Positions 38,894 through 51,444 of a stretch of DNA of 64,000 nt are shown here, piece after piece. The position numbers and the translations under genes are program-made. Each line of letters opens with the position of its first letter. Within the stretch, counting starts at the first letter, position 1. Source of the DNA: Oopsacas minuta (lineage: Eukaryota; Animalia; Porifera). The notes below the pieces were generated by a model. The model saw only the letters and a program-made list of their open reading frames with translations. It was not told where the DNA came from and made no database searches. The stretch covers positions 6,459 to 70,458 of the forward strand of contig JAKMXF010000355.1 of assembly GCA_024704765.1 (NCBI GenBank). The letters run 5' to 3'.

Positions 38894-41867
38894 CACAGTG
38901 GGCTTTTTGCTGGAAATAGCATGAAATTTTTACCCCCTCAGAATTGTATTTCCTTATTATCATTGAATTCACAATCCTTTCAAACCTAGAAATTAGTAAT
39001 TTCATTCTGATTCAACAAGTAAATTGGTTGTTATGGTGATGAATATTTGCGGCTTCTTGTAATTGGAATTTCTGTGTGGTATATCAAAATCGATCAAGTT
39101 TCATAGTTATATTTTTAGCACTTGTAACTAAGAAGAAAGAATTCCTTTACAATAATGAAACATTTATATTTCAATTATCTAATTTACATCTTGAAATGTC
39201 GTTTGGTTTCTAACTTTCTATTCTAAAACTAGATAAAACGCGATGACTATTTAGGACATTTTTTTTCGGCGTCCACAGGATATTTTATGCTGAAACTTGT
39301 TGTGGCGTTTCGTTGCGTGAACTCTCACTGGTCTTAAAATGTAGGTTGTAATAATAAATTCAAAAAATATAATAGTTTAGACCCGCCGGAGGGCGCCCAA
39401 AGTATCAAGCATTCATTTGAATGGGTGTAACTTTAATGTAAAATTTCCCTATGAAATATTAGCATTATGAATAACAAGGAAGCTTTTGACTTTCTATCCT
39501 CACGTAAATCTGTCAGAGATGCAACAATCGTATTTATGGATAGTCAGCAACTTGATGATAAATATTATAGTTGTATCCGATACAAATTCGTTGAGTTGAA
39601 GGGTGATAGAGAGATATTTCGTAAAAGAAACGACCTAAATACATGGGATGATATGATATTCTTTGACAATTCAACATTGGCAGAGAAGAGGCGGTTATCG
39701 TCTGAAGGTGATATTTGTACTCCTAATCATGTTCATGCAAAGGCTATCAGGAAACCACTCCTAGAATTAACGATTAAAGGACAAAGGGTACGTCTGGAAC
39801 CTCTTTTAGCCCTGATTAAAAGCTTAGCAGCTAGTGAGAACGTGGATAGCAAAACGATGGCAGCCATGGCTCTGCAATTTGTCTCATCTTCTTCAGGAGA
39901 TTACTCCACCAGTTCCTTCTGTCTGGAAATAGTCAGCAAAGGCACATTTCAAGGCAATATAAAGACACACATCTCAATTGCTAAGTCTACGTTCCTCCTA
40001 GGGCAACTGGAAATAGGTAAGCAAAAGTACATTGAATTGAGGAGACTTTGTAAGTCAGACAATGTACTATTCCCTAAGTATGAGCTAATTTCCCAGTATC
40101 GAGCAGATATTACTCTGGAGAAGGAATTCATTTTTATCCGCAATGTGTCTGATGCGCCTATGGGAGTAGGGATATCTTACATCTCTATCATCAAACAGAC
40201 AATTTCCCGCCTACTCGAATCACTTCCCACAGATTCTGAATTTGAATTCCCGTTGACATTTTCTGCAACAGATGGCTTGGATGGATCTGGATCCCATCAA
40301 GTTTATAATCAGATTCAAGAGTCACCAGATATTGGTTCCAAAAATTTCATTCTCTTTGCTTTCAAACATCTCGCTATCCACGACAGCGCAAACAAACTTA
40401 TTTGGGAAAACGAAAGGCCCAACTCACAATTTCAGATTCGCCCAGTCACTTTACTAGCTGCCAAAGAAAATAGCGAAAATGTACGTCATCTAATGGATAC
40501 TTATATCAATCCTTACGTAGCAGACATGGAAGAAAATGGGATACCACTCTCGCAAGGACTTGTGAGGATAAAACTGCTCAGGACCATGTTCGATGGAAAA
40601 ATGGCAGGAATTCTATCTGGAGCCGGTGGTGCTCACTGCCAACTCTGTACTGCGACTTTCAAACAACTGCATGATGTCGAACTTATACGAGATGGTTTTC
40701 CTATTAATCGTTCAATAACATCGGCTAAAGAACTGTTTCAAAGCGTGAATGAAGTAGAATTTCTATCTCTAAGTTCCAATGACCGTCTTGGATTGACTCA
40801 CCAACCTATTTCCGACATCGATATAATTTGCTCTTCTCCATTACATTCATATTTGTGCATCTTCAGATGATTTATGACCCTCGTTTATCATCTGCAATCA
40901 GGTGCAAGGAAGTGGTCACCATCATCCTTAGGGATAAAAAACTTAATGAAGTTTGTTTCAGGCTTATTGATGGAAAAGACTGGTATGAAGATTGATCAAC
41001 CCAGCAGTGATGGTGGCACTACATCAACTGGCAATGTTGCTCGAAATTGTTTCTTGGACAAAAACCAATTTCTTTACTGGGTTTGTTCCTTGATACCAAC
41101 AGAATACCATGAAAATATAAAGGTCATCCACACTAACCTTTCAGTATGTTTGCGTATTTACAACAGCGACCGAGAGATAACACTGAAAGACTGGATATTC
41201 TTTGCAAGGACACATACGAATACATTGTAATCAGGTTCCCTTGGGCAAACATCAGTCCAACCTTGCATAAATTACTAGCCCATTCTTCAGAACTCATTAG
41301 AACTTGTAACAATAGCCATGGACTTAAAGTCTTCTCTGAAGAAGCAGTTGAAGTTTCAAACAAACTCGTCCGAAGGTATCGCGAACACCTTGCCAGAAAA
41401 ATGTCGTTTTCTCTGAATACTCGAGATATCTTTATACGACTGATGTGTAATAGTGATCCTGTCCTCAATATGTATAGAAAATTTACAAAAGCAAGCAAGA
41501 AAACCCACTCTTCTGAACCTCGAGACCAAGAAATTCTTTTCTCACAATTAACTTGCTAATAAATAATGATTGAAATAGATGGAAGCACAAGATACAATTT
41601 AAATGTGGGTATGTTAAATGTGTGTCTATGATCCAAAATAAGCTTTCTATCGCCTCTAGCAACTGAATTTTAAGCTCAAAAACTATAATTTATGATAATA
41701 TGAAAGGTGTCAATGACGTCATAACTTTTTAATGAGATGACCTAGATTTTTTTTATGCAGAAATCGTTTTCTCAGGGGTAATTTCCTATTGGCTAATAAT
41801 GCATTATATATCTCTATCTTGCATGGTTTTCCTATTTCCATTTCACCCCCCAAAAATGCCCACTGTG
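38894..41867 (+). mobile_element. RAG1-like/Transib transposon A, complete ends, 5-bp TSD
   Basis: CACAGTG at 38894-38900 and CACTGTG at 41861-41867; TSD TACTG at 38889-38893 and 41868-41872; removing the element restores the host MULE reading frame. Confidence 0.96.
39467..41559 (+). pseudogene. RAG1-like/Transib transposase A (~695 aa); one nonsense codon (40868-40870) and one frameshift (~41175)
   Basis: GLDGSG (catalytic D), MFDGK (second D), CQLC and HKLLAH (Zn ligands), SEEAVEVSNKLVRR (catalytic E), GNVAR, IFIRL...SDP; NBD-like segment at aa ~94-136. Confidence 0.93.
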
Positions 41868-44632
41868 TACTGGGTGTGTGAAAAGCGCGGAATCTGCAAG
41901 CGAGGCTACACACAAGTAATAATCAAGTAATCAAACCTACAGATCCTTCAATAATACCAAGTGAGCATTCGCATAGTTCTGATATAACTCGGGGTGAGAT
42001 GCTAAGAGGGCATACGAACCTCAAGGAATCGCTCGAAATTCTGGATCAAGTACCCGAAATCTCCTTGCAACTTCAGTAGAAGGAATGACAGCAGAATCCA
42101 TTAACAAATTACCAACGCTTGACTCTGTTAAGAGAAATATTAGGAAGTGTAAGAGAAGAGAAGAAGAATTTTATGGAAATCCAAGTTCTTGCGCTGAAAT
42201 AATAATTCCAGAAGATTTAAATTTACACTTAATGGTGAGAGCTTCCCATTATTTGATTCAGGAGAAGGTGATGATCACAGAATGATTCTCTTTGGAACTT
42301 CAAAGTTTTTATCTATACTTAAAGAAAGTACCAACTGGTACAGTGATGGCACATTTAAAGTTGTTCCAGAACATTTCTTCCAACTTTACACTATCCATGC
42401 ACAAAGAGATGGATATATATTCCCTTGCGTTTATGCTTTATTTCAGACTAACACTGAAGAGACCTATAAAAGAATGCTCTCTTAACTGCTCCAACTAGAG
42501 TCCGAATTAAATCCTACATCCATAATGGTGGATTTCGAAAAGGCCGCGATAAATGCATTGGAAAATACTTTCCTTGCATGTGTCTATGGATGTTTCTTCC
42601 ATTTAAAATACAGCATTTATCGGAGAATTCAAGCTAATGGATTAGCTACGTTGTATCAACAAGATAGGGATTTAGCTTTGGAGCTGATGATGTTGCCCTG
42701 CCTGGCTTTCGTGCATGAGATAGATGTTATAGATTGTTTTAACATCTTGATGCATGAATATCCTCAATCTGGGAAGACAGTTGCAAAATATTTTGAAGAC
42801 AACTATATTGGAAAACAGCTACCAAATTGTTCTCGTAGGAACCACCTTTTCCTATCAGAGTGTGGAACATGCATCAAAGAGTGATGGATCGAATCCCTCG
42901 AACAAATGATAGCGTTGAAGGTTGACATAATGCTTTTAGTCATGGTATTGGTCATCCACACCCAGATTTCGTAAAACTCTTAAGATTTTGCAAAAAGAGC
43001 AATCACTTCAAGAGGCAATTTATGCAAAGTGGGAAGGACGAAATCTGAAGCAGCGGTCAAAATCGAATATGGAACGTGAAGAAAGGATATATACCATAGT
43101 TATCAAATATGATAATCGCGAAATCATCGAATATCTTCAAGGGATAGCATATAATTTTGAATTTAGTTATTTAAATCAAATACTAAGTATCATTTCCATT
43201 TATTGCTTACTATCTTAATTTCTTTCCTTTTCCACGCGACGAGTCCACGAGACGAGTTGTCCGCGACGAATTATCCGTCGACGAATTGTCCATGCAACGA
43301 ATTGTCCGCAATTCAAAAAATTGATGTATTATCGTAGTTTAATAATTGAAAGTAGGATAATAGAATATGTAATTTAGAATGAATACAATGGAATAGTTTA
43401 GAAGTTAAAATTATATGCGATCCCTTTTAGGAAGGTTTTTGGTTCTCCATTTCCAAAATCTGAAACGATTGTTATGAGACGCTTAGCATAATGGATTTCT
43501 ATTTGGTCTTAGTTGTGCACATCCCAGTTTCACAAAATTAATTCGTCATTTACAGGTGGAACAATCTCTACAAGAAGCGGTGGTAACGAAATGGGAATCT
43601 GTGGAGGCTATCATTTAATCTAAACAAAGTATTTCCAGAAACGCATCAATAAGTCAAAATAACGAATAACTTGGGATTCGGGAATAAAGACCAAGATCGG
43701 TAACATTTTCATATGGAGAGAAAAATCAGCGTTTTCAATGTACAGACTTGCAAAGCCTGCTGACTGTATCTTCCGATAGATGTTTTGCGACAAGTGAAAA
43801 ACATCCTATTAAACACTTAAGAATTTTGATTCTAATGCATTGATAGCCGTTCTCAAAATCAGCCATGACAAAGAATGGATTCAACTCAGGACGTTATCAA
43901 GAAACTGAGTGAAAAGTGTCGTATATATTGACTCACTCTTGTTAGTCAACAGTGCGTAGACATATGGAATTATCATACCGCCCTTCTGCGCGTGAATTGT
44001 GTACAGTTGAATAATTGTTCTGGGACAACTTTGAAAGTACCGTCCACATACCAACTCTGAGATTCTCACAGTAATGATAACATTTTGGGAGCACAAAATA
44101 TAAGAATTCAATTCGAATCTTCGATCCCAGAGTCATGTATTAGAAACCTTTCTACCATTAATTAAAATCTGTATCTCTCAGGTATTCGTAATTCAATGGC
44201 AGAATCATGGTTGATGACATTCTCTTCTACTAAACTCTTATGGCGGCGTACTGTACGTTTTACTGAACTTAGAGTAGTCAATGCAACTATACTTGACTCG
44301 TTTAATCCAACAAGGCCTTGTGTCAAAATAGTATTAGTTTTCTCCCCAGCTAAAGCACGGTCTTTCATCAATTGATAACCCCGTAACATTTCAGAGCGAG
44401 CTGGATTAGGTCCATGGGTGTGACTACTGAATATTTCAGTAAATAACGTAGGTATTGATATTGCTCCATCTGGAGATGTAGGCAATCAAGCCTTACAATT
44501 CCACGCTGCTCGCACAGTCAATATTGATTACCTGCTAAACTTACACCATTGAGAATATACAAAAATCCTTTTATATGAGCTTTATTTCTTTCTTTGGTTG
44601 ACTTGATAAGTTCAATAGTAAGTGTAGTTGTC

Positions 44633-46006
44633 CCGGGTGATTCAAAAAAAATGTAACCCAAAAGTAAATGCTTGCAGTGAAGACAATTCTTAATCAAACT
44701 CAATCAAACTCAGGACATACGTAGAATATCTATATTTATAGTACATATTAAAAATTCAGCGTACTACAGTCAATATTATATGAATTAGAGCAAATGTTCC
44801 AAATGACCTCCTTTGAGTTCTGTACATTTCTTGAGTCGTACCACCAAGTTGTTCATGACATTTTTGCATACAGTGGTCGGAATCTTTCTAATTTCTTTGA
44901 TGTTTTCCTTCAACTCGCTGATGGTTCTAGGCTTAGTAGAATAAACTCGGTCTTTAAGATAGCCCCACAAGTAGAAGTCAGGAGGGTTTAAGTCGGGGCT
45001 ATAGGGGGCACACTCAAAATTCGTCTTGAGACTGATGACTCTTGCTCCAAAGTGTTCTTTGAGCCAGTCCCTGGAGAAATTTGAGGTGTGCGAGCTCGCT
45101 CCATCTTGTTGGAACCAAAAGTGATTCAGAAGTGATGGGTAGAGGACTCTGAGCTGCTCCCAGAAGAGCTCAAGGACCTGGATATAACCTTCTTTCGTAA
45201 CTGTAACAGCCCTGTCATTTTCTTCAAAAAAGAATGGTCCTATGGTCCCTTTCGCCGAAATGGCTGCCCATACTGTGCATTTTTCTGAGTGTAGTGGTTT
45301 CATTGCAACTTCCATTGGTCTCTGGATTCCCCAGAACACGTTTGTCTTGGAGTTGATTTTTCCATTTAGATGTAAGTGAGCTTCATCGGACATCCAAAGT
45401 AGTGAAAGAAATCGACCCTGACATTCAATTTTTTCCACCAAATTCTTGGACATTTTAAGCCTTTTGGACTTATCACCAGCTGTTAACATCTGTTTTGTTT
45501 GTATACGATATGGAAACCTCTTAGGATCATCAATTAGGATCCTCCTGATAGTGCTTGCAGATATTTTTCTATCCAATGACAATGATTGACTCCTCCGCCT
45601 GATTGACGTTTTGGACTGAATTCAACAGAATTTCGGACCATCTCAATAACTTTTGCTGTTTGTTTCTTTCTCCGACCAGAATGCGTTAGTCTGTCATCAC
45701 ACTTACTATTGAGCTTTAGAACTGTCCCATACTTCCTAAACTTCTCCACCCAACGATAGATCATCGATTTATCGGGAGCAACTTGGGTCTGGAATGATGT
45801 ACAAATTGCGTCTTTACAGTCTCGTATGAGGAGGTATTAAAATAATGTTCCACGGAGAAAATTCGGTGCTGCAGTATCCAATTTGGCATTTTCTGATCGT
45901 TTAGACTCAAACTAATTATAATCAAAAAGAATAAATAGGATTAGTTAAGAAATAAAGATAGGGTACCCGTAAAACATTTTGAGTTGCATTTTTTTGAATC
46001 ACCCTG
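44633..46006 (-). mobile_element. DD41D (rosa/Visitor-type) Tc1/mariner element, copy 1
   Basis: WMSDEAH; QQDGASSH...SPDLNPPD with 41-residue spacing; TIRs CAGGGTGATTCAAAAAA / CCGGGTGATTCAAAAAA. Confidence 0.93.
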
Positions 46007-46405
46007 TAATTCCACTATCAATTGAAGGTTGCCATTTGAAAATTTGATTATTCCCTTCCCAAGAGAAAATATATAGTTAATTCACTTTACAAGTAGTAAT
46101 CACAAGTGTCAAATAACATTAAGAATCAAGAATGGAATTATAGTCGTCAACCCAAACAAATGTATGCGCTATAATTATAACGTAGACGTGTTTATGCTCA
46201 GTACACAAGTGTTAGTGGATAGCAGGTATTATACAAGATTTAAACCAATTGTCCACTATACGATATGTCCATTATATGAGATGTCCATTATACGAAAGCT
46301 CCGTAGACGAAGTACACGTAGACGAAAAGTCCCTACACGAAATGCCTGCCAATCCTCAAAATGATCTAGAACAATATCTATAGGAACTACGAATTCAGGC
46401 TATAT

Positions 46406-47280
46406 CAGGGATGCCAACCTCTTAAACCCAAAAATTGGGAAATCTATGCCATATTGGCGGGAATTCGATCAAAAAATCAGGAAGTCAATATTAAAAAGCG
46501 GGAGTCTCAAAAAATATGCAAATATATTCATTTATCCTTGAATAGAACTATAAAATACAATTATTTATTGTGTTTGGATATCAACGATTATGAACTCCTA
46601 TTTATGTTATTTTACCTTCAATATTTCATCCTCATATCCTCATATGGTCACAACTAGATTAATAATTAGTTAATTTTCCATACTAACGTATTACAAGGAA
46701 TGATTTTCCGTGGATAGATGTTGCTGACTTGGAAATCTTCAAAAATTCACAACTTGGTTCATAATCAAAGCATGGCTCAATAATTATCACGTAACCTTAC
46801 CTGGAGTAAAATTTTCATCATATTTTAGCTTGTCCCTTTTAGGTGTCGTGTTTTGCTTGACAGAGCTAGAAATCCTTAATTTTAGTCTAAAATCTGAATC
46901 TTTACATGAATGCCATAAAATCTATATGTTGAAATTTTTTAACCAAGTAAAGAACTTTTGAAGATTTCCAAGTCAGCGACATCTATTTACAACAAAATCA
47001 CTCCTTGAAAAGCCTTAGTATAGAAAACTAATTAATTTTCATCCAGCTATTTACTTTTTGTTGTATTGTGACTCTATGGGAGTATGCTGGGAAATTTTAT
47101 ATGTAAAAGCAATACAATTAGGAGTATCATTATCGTACATATCAAAGATAATAATTAATTATTTTTTATCGTTCTATTCAAGGATAAATGAATAAAATAG
47201 TACATATTTTGAGACTCCCGATTTTCTCCAGCTTGTTTTTATTGATTTCCGTTATTTGGTTTGAGAGGTTGGCATCCCTG
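46406..47280. mobile_element. Non-autonomous derivative of the 31542 hAT family
   Basis: Ends CAGGGATGCCAACCTCT / GAGAGGTTGGCATCCCTG; interior 46700-46860 matches the transposase 3' end at 31985-32150. No TSD match. Confidence 0.8.
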
Positions 47281-49959
47281 CTAGAACACATCTAAGCAAT
47301 ATTTTTAGTACGGTCAAATTTCAAATAATATATATTCCACACTCCACAGTTGAATAATATACATATTCGACAATAGATCCACGGTTTTGAATATTTGCTA
47401 GTTCAGTTCTGTAATTATGCTATCAATTGTTTTGTTGTTTGGTTCCGCAATTTAAAGGGAAAAATGGAATTATTTATCGAAACAACAAGCCTCTTGCATT
47501 TACAGATTTTTTCGTCTAGATATTGTAATTGAGTGCCTTAAGTCTAGGTTTGTACATCTATGTCATGAGCTACATCAAAGGAAACTTGAGGTTTGAGGAG
47601 AGTCTTTCAATTTGAAGAGCAGTGCCTATTTCGGTGCAGGTAAGTAGCCAGGATTTTCACCAAGGGGAGGGCAAATAGATTTCTGGGGGGCAGGAAGAGA
47701 GGCAAGTTGTTGTCACGGGTTACCAGGTGGCATGCCCAGTGACTGATCTATCAATTTCTATTTGTGTATAACCATCCAGCTAGTTAGTGGCGTAATGTGG
47801 CTTAGAAATCTGAGGAGATCACACATTCTATCTGGTTGGCAACAGGTTCTAGATGAGGGTCTATGGGCTGTGTAAACGATCAGCATGGTCCTAGACAATA
47901 AGCTATGATTGCTACCACATTAATTTTCTTTATACTGTCACATAGGTTTGAATCTTAAAAAGTTACCTTCTTCATATAAGGCATTACTACTATTCAAAAC
48001 CATGGAATACTTGAAGTCCATTAAATTTGATAGAAAAGTATATTATTCATAATAATGCAAAATTGGTGCATTTTGACCGGAATAAACGTATTACTGTTAG
48101 TTAATACTTAACACAAGCTCTGTCATCCTACGAGTCTCAGGTCGAAATGACATAATCTTATTGGCAAAACAGGAACATGTGTGTGAAATATTAACTAACA
48201 ATATAATACATTCATTCAGGACAAAATGTACTAATTTTGTATTATAGTGATTTATATTTTTATTTATCAAATAAAAAGGAATTGAAATCCATAGTCCATT
48301 AAAATTAGGTTCAGTGGTATGGCCATATATGTAGAATGTCACAATATGATGGATATATTTGATCAGGGAAATAGTAAAAAATAATACTTAGGTCCGTTGA
48401 TAAATACCTACAATTCCTATCCCTGTGTTATGTGATCCAAAGATCACATATCACAGTGGCTTTAACTTAGGATTTAGAGCGAATTTTTCATCATCCCATA
48501 AGCTTTCGAAAATGTTACCATTAAATTCAGCATAGACTGAAACCTGGGAAACATAATTCTCTGAGAAAAATCCTAGTAATTTGTAATCAAATATCATGCT
48601 TAGTGGATGGCATAACTGAATCATTATCACCTCTATTTTATAATTATACATAGGCATACAATTCTCGCTATCTAAAAATACTCATCAGAATGACAGCACA
48701 AAGTTTTAACTTATTATTAGCTCAGAATATAGTCTTCTCAACTATAATAAGAGCTAAGCATTTCACTTTGATCATTTTCTCCATGGTTCAATTAATTTTG
48801 AAGTCATATAATGTGTCGGGACACATTATACCTTGATATAATTACATCTCAAACTAACTGTGGCTAGTCGTGGCAAGGTAATATCAAGTTTGAGGGTGAT
48901 TCGCCATAATAATACCTATAATATATAACCAAATCCAGCCCCCCCCAAATGAACACTAAGCATTTTTAATAGAGCGAGCCAAAAAATTTAAGAATTTCAG
49001 AATTTAAGCAATTCATACTATACTACTGTATTTACTAAATATCTAGCAACTATTTCGAATTTTAAATGAATAACCAGGAAGCACTAGATTTCGGTACAAT
49101 TGCAGAATCTTACACCTCCCAACTTTTTTAATGTGGTCAAAAATCCCTATATGCACCGTTCAAGAACTCGTTAAGAGAAGTTGATAGAGCTAAAGAACTC
49201 CAAAATCGGATTAAAATTGACAAAGTTATGAAAATTTACTCCCTAAGCTAAATCCTATGGGGAAAATTGTATTACTCACTATAATAAAATTATATTGATT
49301 TATACATTACAATTACCATAGGAATGCTCATACTGTTGATATTGCGGTTATACTCGCTTGTTACTCTACTCTTTCATGTTCATTTGTTTGCTATTCAGTG
49401 TATTTACTGCAGGTAATTCTTGTTACTTTAAAGGAAAGCTGGTTATCACATAATTCTGTCTACAACACTAAATATACAATGCAACATTTCATTTAATATT
49501 TTTATACTGTGGCACCTCGATAATTCGATCTACTTAATGGAATTCACGATATAGCGCATATATTTGCATATATACTGTTTCCCAAAATGGTAGTTTAATT
49601 TGTATTACTCCGGCCAAGGCAAACCAATTTTGATCGTTCGTTTGTGTTCGTATCAATGTTAGAAACAATTCATGTACTATTTAATCGCATAGTTATTAAT
49701 CCAGCTTCTCTCCAGGTACGTTAGTAATGTTGGAGCAAAGTTTTCATGGATTTCTACTTATGATAGTGGACAGAATATTATATATATGACACCCCAAGGC
49801 TGGATATACTACTATGGGTAGTAGTTATATTTGGAATAACTAATTAGTATTATTAGGCTCTCTATCTACTACTTTAACTACAAATCTACAATATAACAAG
49901 TACTGCTACAAAAGAATCACCAAAGCAGAAATATTACAATTTGACAACTGGATATTGTT

Positions 49960-50950
49960 TCCTTATTTCCATGATAAGGTTGGAGAAACTAGCTTCTCCA
50001 TATTTTTTCTTTCAACAAACTTCAGATAAGTGAGTATCTAAAAGTTTGGGGTTAGTAGTCATGCAATTCCTCACCCGTTTCTTCGCACCACCCCATGTAT
50101 TCTCAACTGTTTGCGTATGTACACCTGTAGTAGGGTCAACAAAATTGAGGCTATGGTTGACGGTGAGATGCTGAAAACTTGCAGCGGGGATAGAATTATA
50201 CGAAGCCCATTCGTCAGAAAGTATGGTAGTGCCCGGGAAAATATATCTCTGGATGAGAGGGACTAATGTTTCAGCCGACCTGTCTTAAACAGGTATCATA
50301 AAGATATCTTTTGTCTCTCTATCTATTCCTCCAAATACCCATTGACGTGATAGCATACGACCTCTTGAATACCTTCGATGTCCAAACTTTGATTCATCTA
50401 TTTCTACAATATGCCCAGGCCCTCCAGTTTGTTGAGGAATGACTAAAAATTCCTCAACACAGGTCTCTTTGGAAGTTCTTCCAGTCTGTTATAGTATGTT
50501 CTCCCCACCCCAGATTCTTGTGTAAAAAGGCAGTAGTTTGCAGATTATTGGCCCCGAAATAGAGAAATTCTACCAACTCAGTTAACGGTATATGAGCACT
50601 TTCAAAGAATGAGCCAATCCTCATGGAAGTGAATTTTTTGCATGACTTTTCCAGGCACCTCCACCCCTTCCCATCTGCAATACCTGAAAACGTTCCGGAT
50701 CGCATAATTCTACCGCATTTGCACATCATCCCGGTAGCTAAAAGTCCGTTACTTTTGAGCCATGCTATACAAGTATCTTCATCAATAGTGATTTTACGAA
50801 AAAGTTGTTTTAAGGTAATTTCTTCAATAACTGGAAATTTTGTAGGAACCAGCAGAGGTTGAAACGATGGAGCAACTGTAATTAAGGATTCTATTATAGA
50901 AATATCACAACTCGAATATTTAGAATTTGTTACTTATATTTCCCTGATAT
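49960..50950 (-). pseudogene. Merlin/ISXO2-like transposase, decayed
   Basis: CKCG...DGKGWRC..KSC...SMRIGSFFE zinc-ribbon region; VEIDESKFG, WVFGGIDRET, TILSDEWASY, VNHSLNFVDP, HTQTVENTW. Confidence 0.9.
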
Positions 50951-51444
50951 TCCTTTTATACTTGACTTAAGATTAATCGAAATGCATTGTATGAACGTTT
51001 GGAATGTATTCTTTAAAATAGGTAATAATTACATGTGGCTTGCATGCCACTTTCCTAAACCATTTGTTGTTCAAATCAGTAACCAGACAAACGGCATTCC
51101 AATTATACTAAATTTTGTATGTAATAGATACTGGTATAACTATGAACACATCAAAAATCTATACAATAGAAATTAAATCTGAAACCACATATTTTACCAC
51201 ACTTCTCATGTCTAATCTCAAGCATATATACCATATTTTAGGTGATTGTTGCTTGTGAAGAAATTTATGTACATAATCCCATAATCAAATAAATTTCTCA
51301 TTTGGATCAGTATATTGTCTTACAATAACAATATCTATTAAATAGAATTTGATTTGGTCATATTAATCGCAAATTAGGCGATGTACTTAGTACATAGCTT
51401 ATTACAATTTCCTAAATCAAGAGAAAATCGTCTTGAGTGAGTTA

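Larger units (their letters stand above)
38535..43314 (+). mobile_element. MULE element 1 (FLYWCH + MULE transposase, decayed), split by RAG1-like element A
   Basis: Ends GGGTAAACGGACAATTCG / GAATTGCGGACAATTCG; 8-bp direct repeat AAAAAATT on both sides; motifs SDGTFK, FQLYTIHA, VDFEKA, GCFFHL. Confidence 0.88.
38390..46353 (-). mobile_element. MULE (Mutator-like) element 2; hosts MULE 1 and a DD41D element
   Basis: Inverted subterminal GGAC-W-TTCGT repeat arrays at 38390-38500 and 46250-46350; 9-bp direct repeat CCTCAAAAT at 38381-38389 and 46354-46362 (end ambiguous by 2 nt); decayed FLYWCH-MULE transposase at 43400-44630 with ATG GCA ACC TTC start near 46035. Confidence 0.85.

Noticed and set aside
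40868-40870. TGA read-through or recoding in transposase A
   Set aside because: It is a simple TGG-to-TGA change at a Trp conserved in B and C, and the gene also has a frameshift; ordinary decay explains it.
41560-41867. RAG2-like partner gene in elements A, B or C
   Set aside because: A and B have only ~300 bp after the stop and under 900 bp before the start. C's 60920-61210 segment shows no kelch/PHD pattern and looks more like a hAT scrap.
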